A DNA stretch of 54,641 nucleotides from a virus (Duplodnaviria > Caudoviricetes), in the IMG/VR virus record IMGVR_UViG_3300048851_000182, positions 1-54,641 of that record, one strand, 5' to 3'. Below, piece after piece: positions 38,088 through 46,829 of the stretch (the first letter of the stretch is position 1; every line of letters begins with the position of its first letter). The position numbers were made by a program, and so were the translations under genes. Under the pieces are notes generated by a model that was not told the DNA's origin, searched no databases, and saw nothing but the letters and a program-made list of their open reading frames with translations.

Positions 38088-38861
38088 TTATCTCTGGAAG
38101 TATTCATCCAATACTTGCGAAGCAATGGCTGTCGTGTCTGTTGGGAAGTCAGCCTTGTTAACCATCCAACTTATAAAGTCTATATGATCCTTGGCAGGAT
38201 TGCCGCGGTGCTTTCCGAAGTTCAGCAGCAGCTCACCCTCTTTGTTGTAGACGAACTTGCCTGAAAGGTCAGCGATCTTGTTTCCGTAATTTGTGTACAG
38301 CGCAAGCTCATCCGGCGTTTTGGGAAATCCTTCTTTGTCTCCATACTTTTCGAGCATGGCCAAAAACACATCGAGCGTGGCTTCGATATCAGCCTGGGCA
38401 CTATGCGCATCTTCCAGGTCCTTGCCCAAGTAGAACTTGACAGCAGCTGTTAGCGTGCGCGGCTCCTGAATCTTGAACAGGTTCCCCGCGTCAAACATCA
38501 GAAACTGATTGTAGTCCCAATAACGGCCGGCGCGCTCAAACTCATGAAAAAGCAGCGGTACGTCAAAGCTATTGCTGTTGAAGCCGGCTACATCACAACC
38601 GCTTATCAGGTCGAGCAGGCCTTTTGCCAACTGTTTGAAGGTCGGCTCGTTTGCCACATCTTCATCTTTAATCCCGTGGACATCGGATGCGCTGACAGGA
38701 ATGGGAATAGTCGGATTGACTTTTCGGCAGACGGTTTTAATTTGGCCGGAATCAGTATCCAGCTTGCAAACCGCAATTTCCACTATGCGATCGTTTTCAC
38801 GGTCCACACCGGTAGTTTCCAGATCGATAAAAGCGATCGGTCGTTCAAATTGAATTTTCAT
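38088..38861 (-). CDS. DEDDh 3'-5' exonuclease (DnaQ-like)
   Basis: IDLETTG, FNSNSFD, HSAQADI; C-terminal LNFGKHRG module. Confidence 0.92.
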   Translation of the reverse strand: MKIQFERPIAFIDLETTGVDRENDRIVEIAVCKLDTDSGQIKTVCRKVNPTIPIPVSASDVHGIKDEDVANEPTFKQLAKGLLDLISGCDVAGFNSNSFDVPLLFHEFERAGRYWDYNQFLMFDAGNLFKIQEPRTLTAAVKFYLGKDLEDAHSAQADIEATLDVFLAMLEKYGDKEGFPKTPDELALYTNYGNKIADLSGKFVYNKEGELLLNFGKHRGNPAKDHIDFISWMVNKADFPTDTTAIASQVLDEYFQR

Positions 38862-38864
38862 CTA

Positions 38865-40007
38865 TTATTCAATGATTTGAGGTAACACTTCTCTCCTACT
38901 CCATTCTGGTAGCGACATCCGGACAATACCACGATCACCACTTTCGGCAAAGGAGTCGAAGCCTGGCCATAGGTCTTTTGCCAACGCTTCTTTTACATTT
39001 CGCAGAGCGGTACGGTACCGGTATTTCCCATTTGCCAGATCTTCCGGATCGTAGATAAACACGACTGGCAAGTAGGGCAACACTGTTTGCAGCATGATGC
39101 AGATTACTGCTCCGACCTTTCGACCGGTAACGTTCTGGAAGACCTCGGCATACATGCCTTCGGTCATATAGTACATGTATTTAGCCGCGTCATACTGCAT
39201 TTTGCCGAGATTGTCGGCATGCGTAGTCTTGAAGCTGATGATCGCATTGCATCCGATGTTTTCCTCGATCTGGAATGCATCGGGGCGGATCTTCACCGGC
39301 AGTTCCGTCTCTTCGTCCGTTCCGTAAATGCTCACTTCCGGTACACAGCCTTTCAGTAGTTCAGGTATGATACCATCACCGTACCGGTAGTAGTTGCGTT
39401 TGATCAGGTCGACAACCTGATAGCTTTTCCGATCGACAGATACTTTACCGGTCATACGTTTCAGATGAGACAGGTAGCAACGCATCCCGTCTATCTTGTC
39501 GACGTTCAGCCCGGATCCGATGGCCTGAATGTAGGCCTCGGTTTTGATCAGCTCATCTTTCTTGTCTGCGAGGTCTTCCCAGAATTCAATCAGCTTTTGA
39601 ACTCCTTCCTTACTGGCAGCGGTGGCGCCTTCCGGTTCCAGCGCAAGTGCGTCGAATTTTTCGGGTTCCAGAAATGCAGTATGACAGAACGTGCCCAGTT
39701 CAAAGTGCGTTTTATCCGGCCGTACCTGCTTTTCTTCCGTGGTGATCAGGTAGTGCAAAGGCGATTTGAGCGCTTCTTTTAACGATCCGGATGAACAGGC
39801 TTTTGTATCCAGGTAAATGCTCATGTCTTCTTCCAGAACACGGCCGTTAAGGCTCATTTGTGGAAGCAGCGGCCGGATATCTGTTATCTTCTTTCGCTTA
39901 CTGATGAAAGATACGATGTCTTGCAGGTCTGTGTATTCATCCGGATCCGTGAAGGTTGGATTTAGTTCGGGGCCTTCCTGAGCGTTAAATAGTAGATCGA
40001 AGTTCAT
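38865..40007 (-). CDS. RecE / exonuclease VIII-like PD-(D/E)XK nuclease
   Basis: SSGSLK, LGTFCHTAFLEP, PEVSIYG, KIRPD, SFKT; start placed at MNFDLL. Confidence 0.8.
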   Translation of the reverse strand: MNFDLLFNAQEGPELNPTFTDPDEYTDLQDIVSFISKRKKITDIRPLLPQMSLNGRVLEEDMSIYLDTKACSSGSLKEALKSPLHYLITTEEKQVRPDKTHFELGTFCHTAFLEPEKFDALALEPEGATAASKEGVQKLIEFWEDLADKKDELIKTEAYIQAIGSGLNVDKIDGMRCYLSHLKRMTGKVSVDRKSYQVVDLIKRNYYRYGDGIIPELLKGCVPEVSIYGTDEETELPVKIRPDAFQIEENIGCNAIISFKTTHADNLGKMQYDAAKYMYYMTEGMYAEVFQNVTGRKVGAVICIMLQTVLPYLPVVFIYDPEDLANGKYRYRTALRNVKEALAKDLWPGFDSFAESGDRGIVRMSLPEWSRREVLPQIIE

Positions 40008-40112
40008 ACGATTATAATTTGAAAACGATAAGCGGGTGTGTTGGAACGTGAGTAGCAGCTCCAACCAAATTTTTACCGATCTTCATGCGACCGACGTTTG
40101 ACTAATTTTTTG

Positions 40113-40349
40113 ATGAAGAGACGAATAGATAAAAAGCCCTTCGTGATAATAGCTGCAATGATCCTTATAGTGATCGGTTGTATTGTATCAGGAATCGGAT
40201 ATACACATGACTTTGGAGACATTAAGGTCAGCGAAAATTGGTTTCTAGTAGGTACTTCGGCAATGGTAATCGGCATAATGTCAATTGCCTTATGTATTCT
40301 CATCTATATTATTGACGCTATTAAGGCCGCTTTAAGCCGAAAAAGGTAG
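40113..40349 (+). CDS. Small two-TM membrane protein, antisense moron
   Basis: Two hydrophobic helices with basic termini. Confidence 0.6.
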   Translation: MKRRIDKKPFVIIAAMILIVIGCIVSGIGYTHDFGDIKVSENWFLVGTSAMVIGIMSIALCILIYIIDAIKAALSRKR

Positions 40350-40350
40350 T

Positions 40351-40372
40351 TGGCAGGGCGTTACCCCTGCCA
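40351..40372. terminator. Hairpin between convergent genes
   Basis: TGGCAGGG / CCCTGCCA stem; no clear U tract. Confidence 0.45.
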
Positions 40373-40375
40373 GGT

Positions 40376-40831
40376 TCAGATGTTAATGATCAAAGGCTTG
40401 ATCGACCAGCTATCCGACTTAAATGCATTGCTGCGATTCTTCTTTTTGCCCATGTAGGTAATCTTCAAAGCGGTACCTCGCTGCACGTTCTGAGCGAGCA
40501 GTGCGCCCACAAGCCTTTTAGATCCGTTACGGATTGACTTGATCTCCTTGTTAATATCCTGTTCAAGGAAATATGCGCATTCTAGATCAATCAGAACCGG
40601 GGTTTCATCCTGTGTGAGCACCTGGGAAACATCAATCCGGTCGAAAAATACATACTTGTATTCTCCTTCCTTTTCGGGTGTCCAGTAATCGGACATCAAA
40701 TCGAGCGGCATTTCCGTTGCGTCTGCCAGTATTGGGAGATCGACAATGGATCCTGTCAGGTCGAACACTTGGCCCATCGGGCGGGATACGGCTACACCTG
40801 TTACTTCTTCGGTTTTTACGAGTTCACTCAT
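40376..40831 (-). CDS. Hypothetical protein, possible OB-fold ssDNA-binding protein
   Basis: Next to the RecE-like gene; YWTP..GE and LKITYMGKKK patterns. Confidence 0.5.
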   Translation of the reverse strand: MSELVKTEEVTGVAVSRPMGQVFDLTGSIVDLPILADATEMPLDLMSDYWTPEKEGEYKYVFFDRIDVSQVLTQDETPVLIDLECAYFLEQDINKEIKSIRNGSKRLVGALLAQNVQRGTALKITYMGKKKNRSNAFKSDSWSIKPLIINI

Positions 40832-40891
40832 GATTGATTTGATTTATGAATTAGAATTAGATTTGGTTCAATTACTTGAGTGCGGTTATGC

Positions 40892-41245
40892 TTATACGTC
40901 GAGCAGTCTGGGTAAGCTTTTGATCACTTGCGTCAGCGATTCCATTAGTGTCAGCTGACCAGTACCCGCAATAGCAACAAGGATCACCACAGCTACAAAA
41001 AAGATGATGAGTACTATCGCCAGCTCGAAAACATTGCCGACATGCTCCCTGACCTGCGGGCTTATCTGGAAGTTCCATAGGTTTTCCGTTTGCGCGTTTT
41101 TGACAGTGTAGATGAAAAAGGCAGAGAAAAACAGTATTCCGATTCCGGTTATTCCGGCAAAGCCTATCCTGTCAATGACAGAGGACAAAAACTTGAAGGC
41201 TCCGAAAGAGGCAAACACACAAAGGAGAGTTAAGGCAGTTTTCAT
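40892..41245 (-). CDS. Membrane protein
   Basis: Three hydrophobic segments. Confidence 0.65.
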   Translation of the reverse strand: MKTALTLLCVFASFGAFKFLSSVIDRIGFAGITGIGILFFSAFFIYTVKNAQTENLWNFQISPQVREHVGNVFELAIVLIIFFVAVVILVAIAGTGQLTLMESLTQVIKSLPRLLDV

Positions 41246-41269
41246 GCTAGCGATGGTTTAAAATGAAGG

Positions 41270-42355
41270 TTATTCGGCTTTAACCAGGGTGCTTGTTTTG
41301 ATCAGCAGATCGATTCCGATCTTGAAGTCAGCATGAGCGGCTTTCCCTTCCTCTGTTTTGAAGGAGAATGCTTCAAGTACAGTCAAGATCTGCGAGGTCA
41401 TGTCCGTGAACTTCTCGATGTCGGGACGGCGGGCGAGCTTTTTAGCCTCCTTCTCCTTTGCACTCCGGTCCGCTTCGGCCTTTGCTTCAGTTTCCTGCTT
41501 TGCCTTCAACTCAGCCTCTTTTCGGGCCTGCTCAGCTGCTTCTGCACGCGCGGCTTCAATTTCAGCTTGTCGCTTTTCTACTGCTGCTTTTTCGTCGGCT
41601 TCCTGCTGAATGCGGCGGGCTTCTGCTTCTTTCTCTTCCTGCTCAGCCTTCAATGCAGCCTCATGGGCTGCTTTTTCATCGTCAAGCCTCTTACGCTCGG
41701 CTGCAAGTTCCTCTTGTTGGCGTTTCAATTCGGCGGCTGCGGCTTCCTGCTCTTTGCGTGCTGCTTCTAGCCTGTCAGCTTCTTCTTTTGCGATTCGTTC
41801 AGCCTGCTGGCGGGCTTCTAAAATGGTTTGATACTTGGCTTCAAAGGCTTCTACCTTTGTTTGGAATGCATCATCTGACATGTTCTCAATTCCATCTGCG
41901 TCGATGGTAACATCTTGCAAGATGTAGGATACCCCATCGAATAGCACGTCTGGTATGGAGGCAATGACCAGACAGCGCGCCCGCAGCTTTTCTTGGCGCT
42001 GGCGTTCAGCTTCCTGTTTCAGCCGCTCGCGCTCGGCAATAAAGTCATTCTCCTTCTGCTGCAAAGGCTCTTCAATTTCCACCAGCTGCCCAGTGATTCC
42101 CTTGGCTACTTCGTTAACCTGACGCTGCCATTTTACGGCATCATCAATCAGTGTTTTTCTTTCCTTGTCAACCTGAACGCGAAGGGCTTTTACTTCTTTG
42201 CGGGCGGCAGTTACTTTCGCAAAGCCCTCTTTGTCGTTGGTGTCCTTAATTGTCAATCCTGCATATGCTTCACGCATGCGAACAATTTCAGATCCCACCT
42301 TTGTAATAGGGGCTAGCTTTTCAGCCTCGGGTATTTCGAGTACTTCTACGGACAT
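41270..42355 (-). CDS. Long coiled-coil phage protein
   Basis: E/A/K/R-rich helical protein in the recombination region. Confidence 0.8.
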   Translation of the reverse strand: MSVEVLEIPEAEKLAPITKVGSEIVRMREAYAGLTIKDTNDKEGFAKVTAARKEVKALRVQVDKERKTLIDDAVKWQRQVNEVAKGITGQLVEIEEPLQQKENDFIAERERLKQEAERQRQEKLRARCLVIASIPDVLFDGVSYILQDVTIDADGIENMSDDAFQTKVEAFEAKYQTILEARQQAERIAKEEADRLEAARKEQEAAAAELKRQQEELAAERKRLDDEKAAHEAALKAEQEEKEAEARRIQQEADEKAAVEKRQAEIEAARAEAAEQARKEAELKAKQETEAKAEADRSAKEKEAKKLARRPDIEKFTDMTSQILTVLEAFSFKTEEGKAAHADFKIGIDLLIKTSTLVKAE

Positions 42356-42386
42356 GACGTATAATGTTTAGAGTTAATGTAGAATT

Positions 42387-42521
42387 TGGTTGGTCGGGGC
42401 GGGATTGGCTACCCGCACGTGTTGCGACTTACTATTCCGGCAAGCAGAGTTTCGCCTCGCAGAGCACCGCTTTGTTTCCAGCTGGGGGTTTCTGGCTATG
42501 TCTGATTCCATCACCCGACCA
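42387..42521 (-). ncRNA. tRNA-like RNA with an expanded central region
   Basis: Acceptor TGGTCGGG/CCCGACCA then A-CCA, D arm ATG-GAATCAGA-CAT, T arm GCGGG-TAGCCAAT-CCCGC, about 80 nt in place of the anticodon and variable arms. Confidence 0.65.
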
Positions 42522-42529
42522 ATATTTAA

Positions 42530-42712
42530 TTACTTCGGCATGTTGCCGGTAGTATGGAAATGTGACATGAACACTGTCGACCGGATCGCCTGATACTTTG
42601 CTTTACCTTCTTCTGAATCGAAGTCGTATGCATTTACCAGATCCCATAGTGCCTTTGACAGTTCGGCTAATTTCTTGTCTTCTGATACGATTGTTATTTC
42701 GGGAGTTTCCAT
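42530..42712 (-). CDS. Hypothetical protein
   Basis: Co-oriented small ORF. Confidence 0.6.
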   Translation of the reverse strand: METPEITIVSEDKKLAELSKALWDLVNAYDFDSEEGKAKYQAIRSTVFMSHFHTTGNMPK

Positions 42713-42726
42713 GATCGGTGAAGTGG

Positions 42727-43053
42727 TTAGCAGGTGAGAGAATCGAAAGCGCGGCCTTGTGTTACTGACGGGTGTTCATAGTTGTCACGTTCGTAGCGTT
42801 CGATACCGTCGCGATACTCATATTCCTGATCTAACAGGCTATCAAAGCGCTCCTTTACAGATTCGGCAGTGTCGTCGAACTGCACTGCAACATTCAATTT
42901 GAAGTCTCCATACTCGGAGTCAACGATAACGGTGATCAGGTTGCCCGATACTGAGCTGTCCTTTTCGTAAGGCAGGTGCAGGTCCAGGTAAAGCTGCTGC
43001 GTGAAGTCTGCAAGGCTCAATGCTTGCTGGGTGGAAGTTTGTACTTTTGTCAT
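42727..43053 (-). CDS. Hypothetical acidic protein, first gene of the leftward operon
   Basis: Follows the promoter at 43142-43172. Confidence 0.7.
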   Translation of the reverse strand: MTKVQTSTQQALSLADFTQQLYLDLHLPYEKDSSVSGNLITVIVDSEYGDFKLNVAVQFDDTAESVKERFDSLLDQEYEYRDGIERYERDNYEHPSVTQGRAFDSLTC

Positions 43054-43141
43054 CGAATTAGAATTAGTACATCCGGTTCGGCTTTGCCTGCCGGGTGTCT
43101 TTATGGTTTAGTGTTAGTATTTTTTTGCCGTGCCAACAATA

Positions 43142-43172
43142 CAAATGTACACTAAAAATTACATAAGTCAAG
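43142..43172 (-). promoter_or_regulatory. Leftward Bacteroidota-type promoter
   Basis: Minus-strand TACATTTG (43149-43142) with CTTG 19 nt upstream. Confidence 0.7.
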
Positions 43173-43318
43173 TAAAATATACATAAAAGTTAGCATTTTG
43201 TATTTTCTACTTTCATAATTACCTCGCCTTCAATTCCTTACGCTAAAATTTCTTTTGATATTATTCGAGGTTTTTGTAAGATTACTCTCAGTACTAATCA
43301 GACCTCTATCAACAATCT

Positions 43319-43939
43319 ATGAATAAACTGCTACCTCTGATTTCAATTTTTCTCTTAACTACTACTTGTTTCGCGCAAAAAAAAGATAGAAGAGAAGGTT
43401 TCTATTCTGCGTACTTGTATTCGGTGGAAGGGCCGCATGATCATAATCTCGACAGTGTAAAGTCAGTTTATGAAGATCCTATAATTAAGATTGATTGGGA
43501 TTATGCTTCCTCGCAAATAGGATTCGAATTGACAAATAAGTCGGATCAAACTATGAAGATACTTTGGGATGATGCTGCCTACATATCAATGTCGAATGAG
43601 TCTGGCCGTGTATTTCACAAGGGTGTCAAATATATTGATCGAGAAAATTCGCAGCCGCCTACCTCTGTTTATAAGAATACAACCCTTTCGGATTTGATTT
43701 CGCCGACATCGTATACCAGATATGTTCCTGGACAATATGGAGGTTGGACATCGAGTGCACTTATACCCGTGACGCAAGGTGTAATGTCCAACAAAATTGA
43801 ATATAAGGAAGAGTTGATTGGGCAGACAATGAGAGTTGTACTGCCAATCAAAATGGGTGAGGATGTGCTGGAATATATATTCAGTTTTCGAACTGAGTTT
43901 GTCGCTAAGAAAAGAGTTAGGGATATGCAGACTGAATGA
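43319..43939 (+). CDS. Exported protein (moron)
   Basis: MNKLLPLISIFLLTTTCFA|QK signal peptide; beta-rich domain. Confidence 0.8.
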   Translation: MNKLLPLISIFLLTTTCFAQKKDRREGFYSAYLYSVEGPHDHNLDSVKSVYEDPIIKIDWDYASSQIGFELTNKSDQTMKILWDDAAYISMSNESGRVFHKGVKYIDRENSQPPTSVYKNTTLSDLISPTSYTRYVPGQYGGWTSSALIPVTQGVMSNKIEYKEELIGQTMRVVLPIKMGEDVLEYIFSFRTEFVAKKRVRDMQTE

Positions 43940-44204
43940 GTTGCGTCGGCTTTACACCCCCTTCCTCTTCTACGCCAATGATGATGACGGGAAGGTTGAT
44001 TCGTATAACTGAAAACTAACAAACCAATTATAATATACTGACTCAGATGAAATTGGAGGTAAAAAGGACAACTGTGATTTCTAAGTTCAACGGGTACAAC
44101 TGAAATTGGCTTCCAGCCAAAAGACCGAGTGCCAAGCTCGACCGGCCGAAATAGCAGGTTAAAAGTCAATTCTGAAATCGAATTCAAAATAATTCAATTA
44201 CTGT

Positions 44205-44375
44205 ATGAAAGAATTTAGAATAGTAAGTGGGACAAGTAAAGACGCAGTCGAAGACGACGTAAACCGTCAATTTAGCCAAGGGTGGGAAGTTTTGGGAGGA
44301 CTCCATGTCGGACAAAATCAAAAAGGTGATCTCGTTTTCTCCATTGCTTTAATACTTACTGACGATGACGATTGA
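44205..44375 (+). CDS. Small DUF1737-like protein (56 aa, not in the ORF track)
   Basis: MKEFRIVSGTSKDAVEDDVNRQFSQGWEVLGG..FSIAL resembles the VN..L..GW.L.G pattern. Confidence 0.7.
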   Translation: MKEFRIVSGTSKDAVEDDVNRQFSQGWEVLGGLHVGQNQKGDLVFSIALILTDDDD

Positions 44376-44426
44376 CAAGTTGCCTTGAAATTTTTAGATA
44401 ATTTATAGCTGACAAAGCACTTTTAA

Positions 44427-45770
44427 ATGGACGACAAAGATCCAAAAAGAATTGAGACCGAACCGACAAAGGACTTTTTCATTTCGATGCTTATAAGAGA
44501 TGTATCCTTAAAAGACGTTATTGGTGATTTAGTTGATAATTGCGTCGATGGAGCAAGGAGTAAAACTATAAACGACGACTATAATGGCTATAATATTGAC
44601 ATTGTTTTCGACAAGAATGGATTTTCGATATCAGATAACTGTGGAGGTATTGAGGTTGAAATTGCTCGACATTATGCATTTCGAATAGGTAGAGCAAAGG
44701 GGTTTCCCGGAGTTCCTGGTTCGGTCGGGCAATTTGGGATAGGAATGAAGAGGGCTTTATTCAAGATCGGGAAGTACTTCACAATTAGCTCTGCTGCGCC
44801 TAAGTCATACTGGGAATTAGACGTTGACGTAGATGATTGGTCATCCAGAGAGGGGTGGGAATTTCAATTTAAGGAATTTGAGGAGAGCTCGGAGCCTAAA
44901 CAAATGTTGGGTACTCATATACATGTGACAAAGTTAAATCCTGATGTCGTCACTGATTTCACGGACCGAAAGTTCGTGAATGAACTGAAAGCGGAACTGG
45001 AATTGGAAAACCTTTATCCAATTAGCAAGGGACTCAACATCACTTTAAACTCGATCCAACTAGGCAAACGAAATTTAGAATTATCCACTTCAGATACGAT
45101 TAAGCCAGCCTACTACGAATACACGTCGGAAAATAATGTCCACGTAAAAGTAATTACTGGAATTGGGGAACCTAGTTTAGAAGACGGGGGGTGGTATTTA
45201 TTTTGCAATGGAAGACTTGTTTTAGGCCCCGAACAAACTCCCATCACGGGGTGGACGGGTGGTCGTCTAGGGGATGGAGGTCCCAAGTACCATGGTCAGT
45301 TTAATCGATTTAGAGGATATGTCTTCTTTGAGGCCGATGATGCGGGTTTATTGCCGTGGAACACTACAAAAAATGGTGTGGATTTAGATTCAGCCCTTTT
45401 CAAGAAAATTCGAGCTAGAATGATTGAAATGATGAAGCCGGTAATCACTTTCTTAAATAAAATGAAAGATGAAAGAGAGGGAGATCCGTCACCAAGTGAT
45501 CTGTTTTATCAAAACGAAGTTGATAAAACAAGCAAGGTTAATATTGCAGAGATAGCAAGTTCAGCAGGTGCGATAGCTGCCTACACAGCAAAAGTCTTCA
45601 CGCATCCAGCGCCGGCAATCCGTGCAGAAAGGGTGAATACGATAACAATTAGCTATAAGAAACCAAAAGAAGAAGTTGATAAAGTCAAAAGGATTTTGGA
45701 AACAAAGAGTAATAAGGAAGTGGGAGAGCGGACTTTTGATTATTTTCTGGATATGGAGGCCGACAACTAG
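44427..45770 (+). CDS. GHKL (MORC-like) ATPase
   Basis: DLVDNCVD, DNCGGI, GQFGIGMK and GTHI motifs; second domain GWYLFCNGRLV. Confidence 0.88.
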   Translation: MDDKDPKRIETEPTKDFFISMLIRDVSLKDVIGDLVDNCVDGARSKTINDDYNGYNIDIVFDKNGFSISDNCGGIEVEIARHYAFRIGRAKGFPGVPGSVGQFGIGMKRALFKIGKYFTISSAAPKSYWELDVDVDDWSSREGWEFQFKEFEESSEPKQMLGTHIHVTKLNPDVVTDFTDRKFVNELKAELELENLYPISKGLNITLNSIQLGKRNLELSTSDTIKPAYYEYTSENNVHVKVITGIGEPSLEDGGWYLFCNGRLVLGPEQTPITGWTGGRLGDGGPKYHGQFNRFRGYVFFEADDAGLLPWNTTKNGVDLDSALFKKIRARMIEMMKPVITFLNKMKDEREGDPSPSDLFYQNEVDKTSKVNIAEIASSAGAIAAYTAKVFTHPAPAIRAERVNTITISYKKPKEEVDKVKRILETKSNKEVGERTFDYFLDMEADN

Positions 45771-45772
45771 AT

Positions 45773-46810
45773 ATGAGCTTTACAAAAATCAACTATAAAT
45801 TAAGGCCCGCGAAAACCGTCGAAAGGAAGATGATTGCGGAAGCCTTTCGCAAATTAAGCACCTTTCATCGCCTTCAAGAATATCAGTATATAGGTTTTGG
45901 TTCCATATATTTTGTAGACTTTTCTTTATTTCACAAAAGTTTGGGATTGCACAAAATGATCAGTATTGAAAAAGAAGAGAAGGCTCGAGCGAGGGTAGAG
46001 TTTAACCGTCCATTCTCTTGTATTGAAGTATATTTTGATACTTCAAACAATGTTCTGCCAACCTTGGACTATGATCAGCCATCTATAATCTGGCTAGATT
46101 ACGACGGTAAATTAGATTCTGATTGCTTGTCCGACATAAATACCGTATGTGCAAATATTCAACCTGGCGGTATGTTCTTGATCACCGTCAACGTTCAGCC
46201 GGAGTCTCTTCAAAGTACACAAGATGAGCCCGCCAATGATGAGAATGGCCCAGAAATCGCTGCCCAGCCCAATGAAAAGCTTTCCCTCTCAGAATATCGT
46301 TTGCAAGCATTACATGCACAGGTAACTCGGCAGCGAGTACCGGCGCGTTTAACTGGTAAAGAGTTGTCAATGTCTGGTCTGCCTCCTGTAATTAAGGAAA
46401 TTATAGAGAATGAAATTTACAGTGCGCTAAATAATCGCAACGGAGGTCTGCCAAATGACCAAAAACTTCGGTTTGAACAACTTTTCAATATTCGATACAA
46501 TGATGGAGCCAGCATGCTAACGTTTGGGGGCGTTTTTTTGAATGACTCTCTCGCGGAGAGCTTCAACGTCGCGAATTTTTTTGAACTGCCATTCTGTACC
46601 CAAAACTCATCCGTATATCAATTGAAAATGCCCAATTTAACAAACAAGGAAGTGGCATTTTTAGATTCACAACTTCATGAAATGTATGATTTTAACAGAT
46701 CATCTCTTGTGAAAAACAGGCCAGAAGTGAAGATAATTCCAGAATCAGATATCAATAAATATGCCCAAATTTACCGCTTTTATCCTACCTTTACCGAATC
46801 GATATGGTAA
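45773..46810 (+). CDS. Putative SAM-dependent (O-)methyltransferase-like protein
   Basis: Rossmann-like YIGFGS, MISIE and IWLDYD; N-terminal YKLRPAKTVER. Confidence 0.65.
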   Translation: MSFTKINYKLRPAKTVERKMIAEAFRKLSTFHRLQEYQYIGFGSIYFVDFSLFHKSLGLHKMISIEKEEKARARVEFNRPFSCIEVYFDTSNNVLPTLDYDQPSIIWLDYDGKLDSDCLSDINTVCANIQPGGMFLITVNVQPESLQSTQDEPANDENGPEIAAQPNEKLSLSEYRLQALHAQVTRQRVPARLTGKELSMSGLPPVIKEIIENEIYSALNNRNGGLPNDQKLRFEQLFNIRYNDGASMLTFGGVFLNDSLAESFNVANFFELPFCTQNSSVYQLKMPNLTNKEVAFLDSQLHEMYDFNRSSLVKNRPEVKIIPESDINKYAQIYRFYPTFTESIW

Positions 46811-46829
46811 TCTTTGACATTTAGCGAGA

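Noticed and set aside
41333-42316. Several plus-strand ORFs
   Set aside because: Shadows of the low-complexity coiled-coil gene on the other strand.
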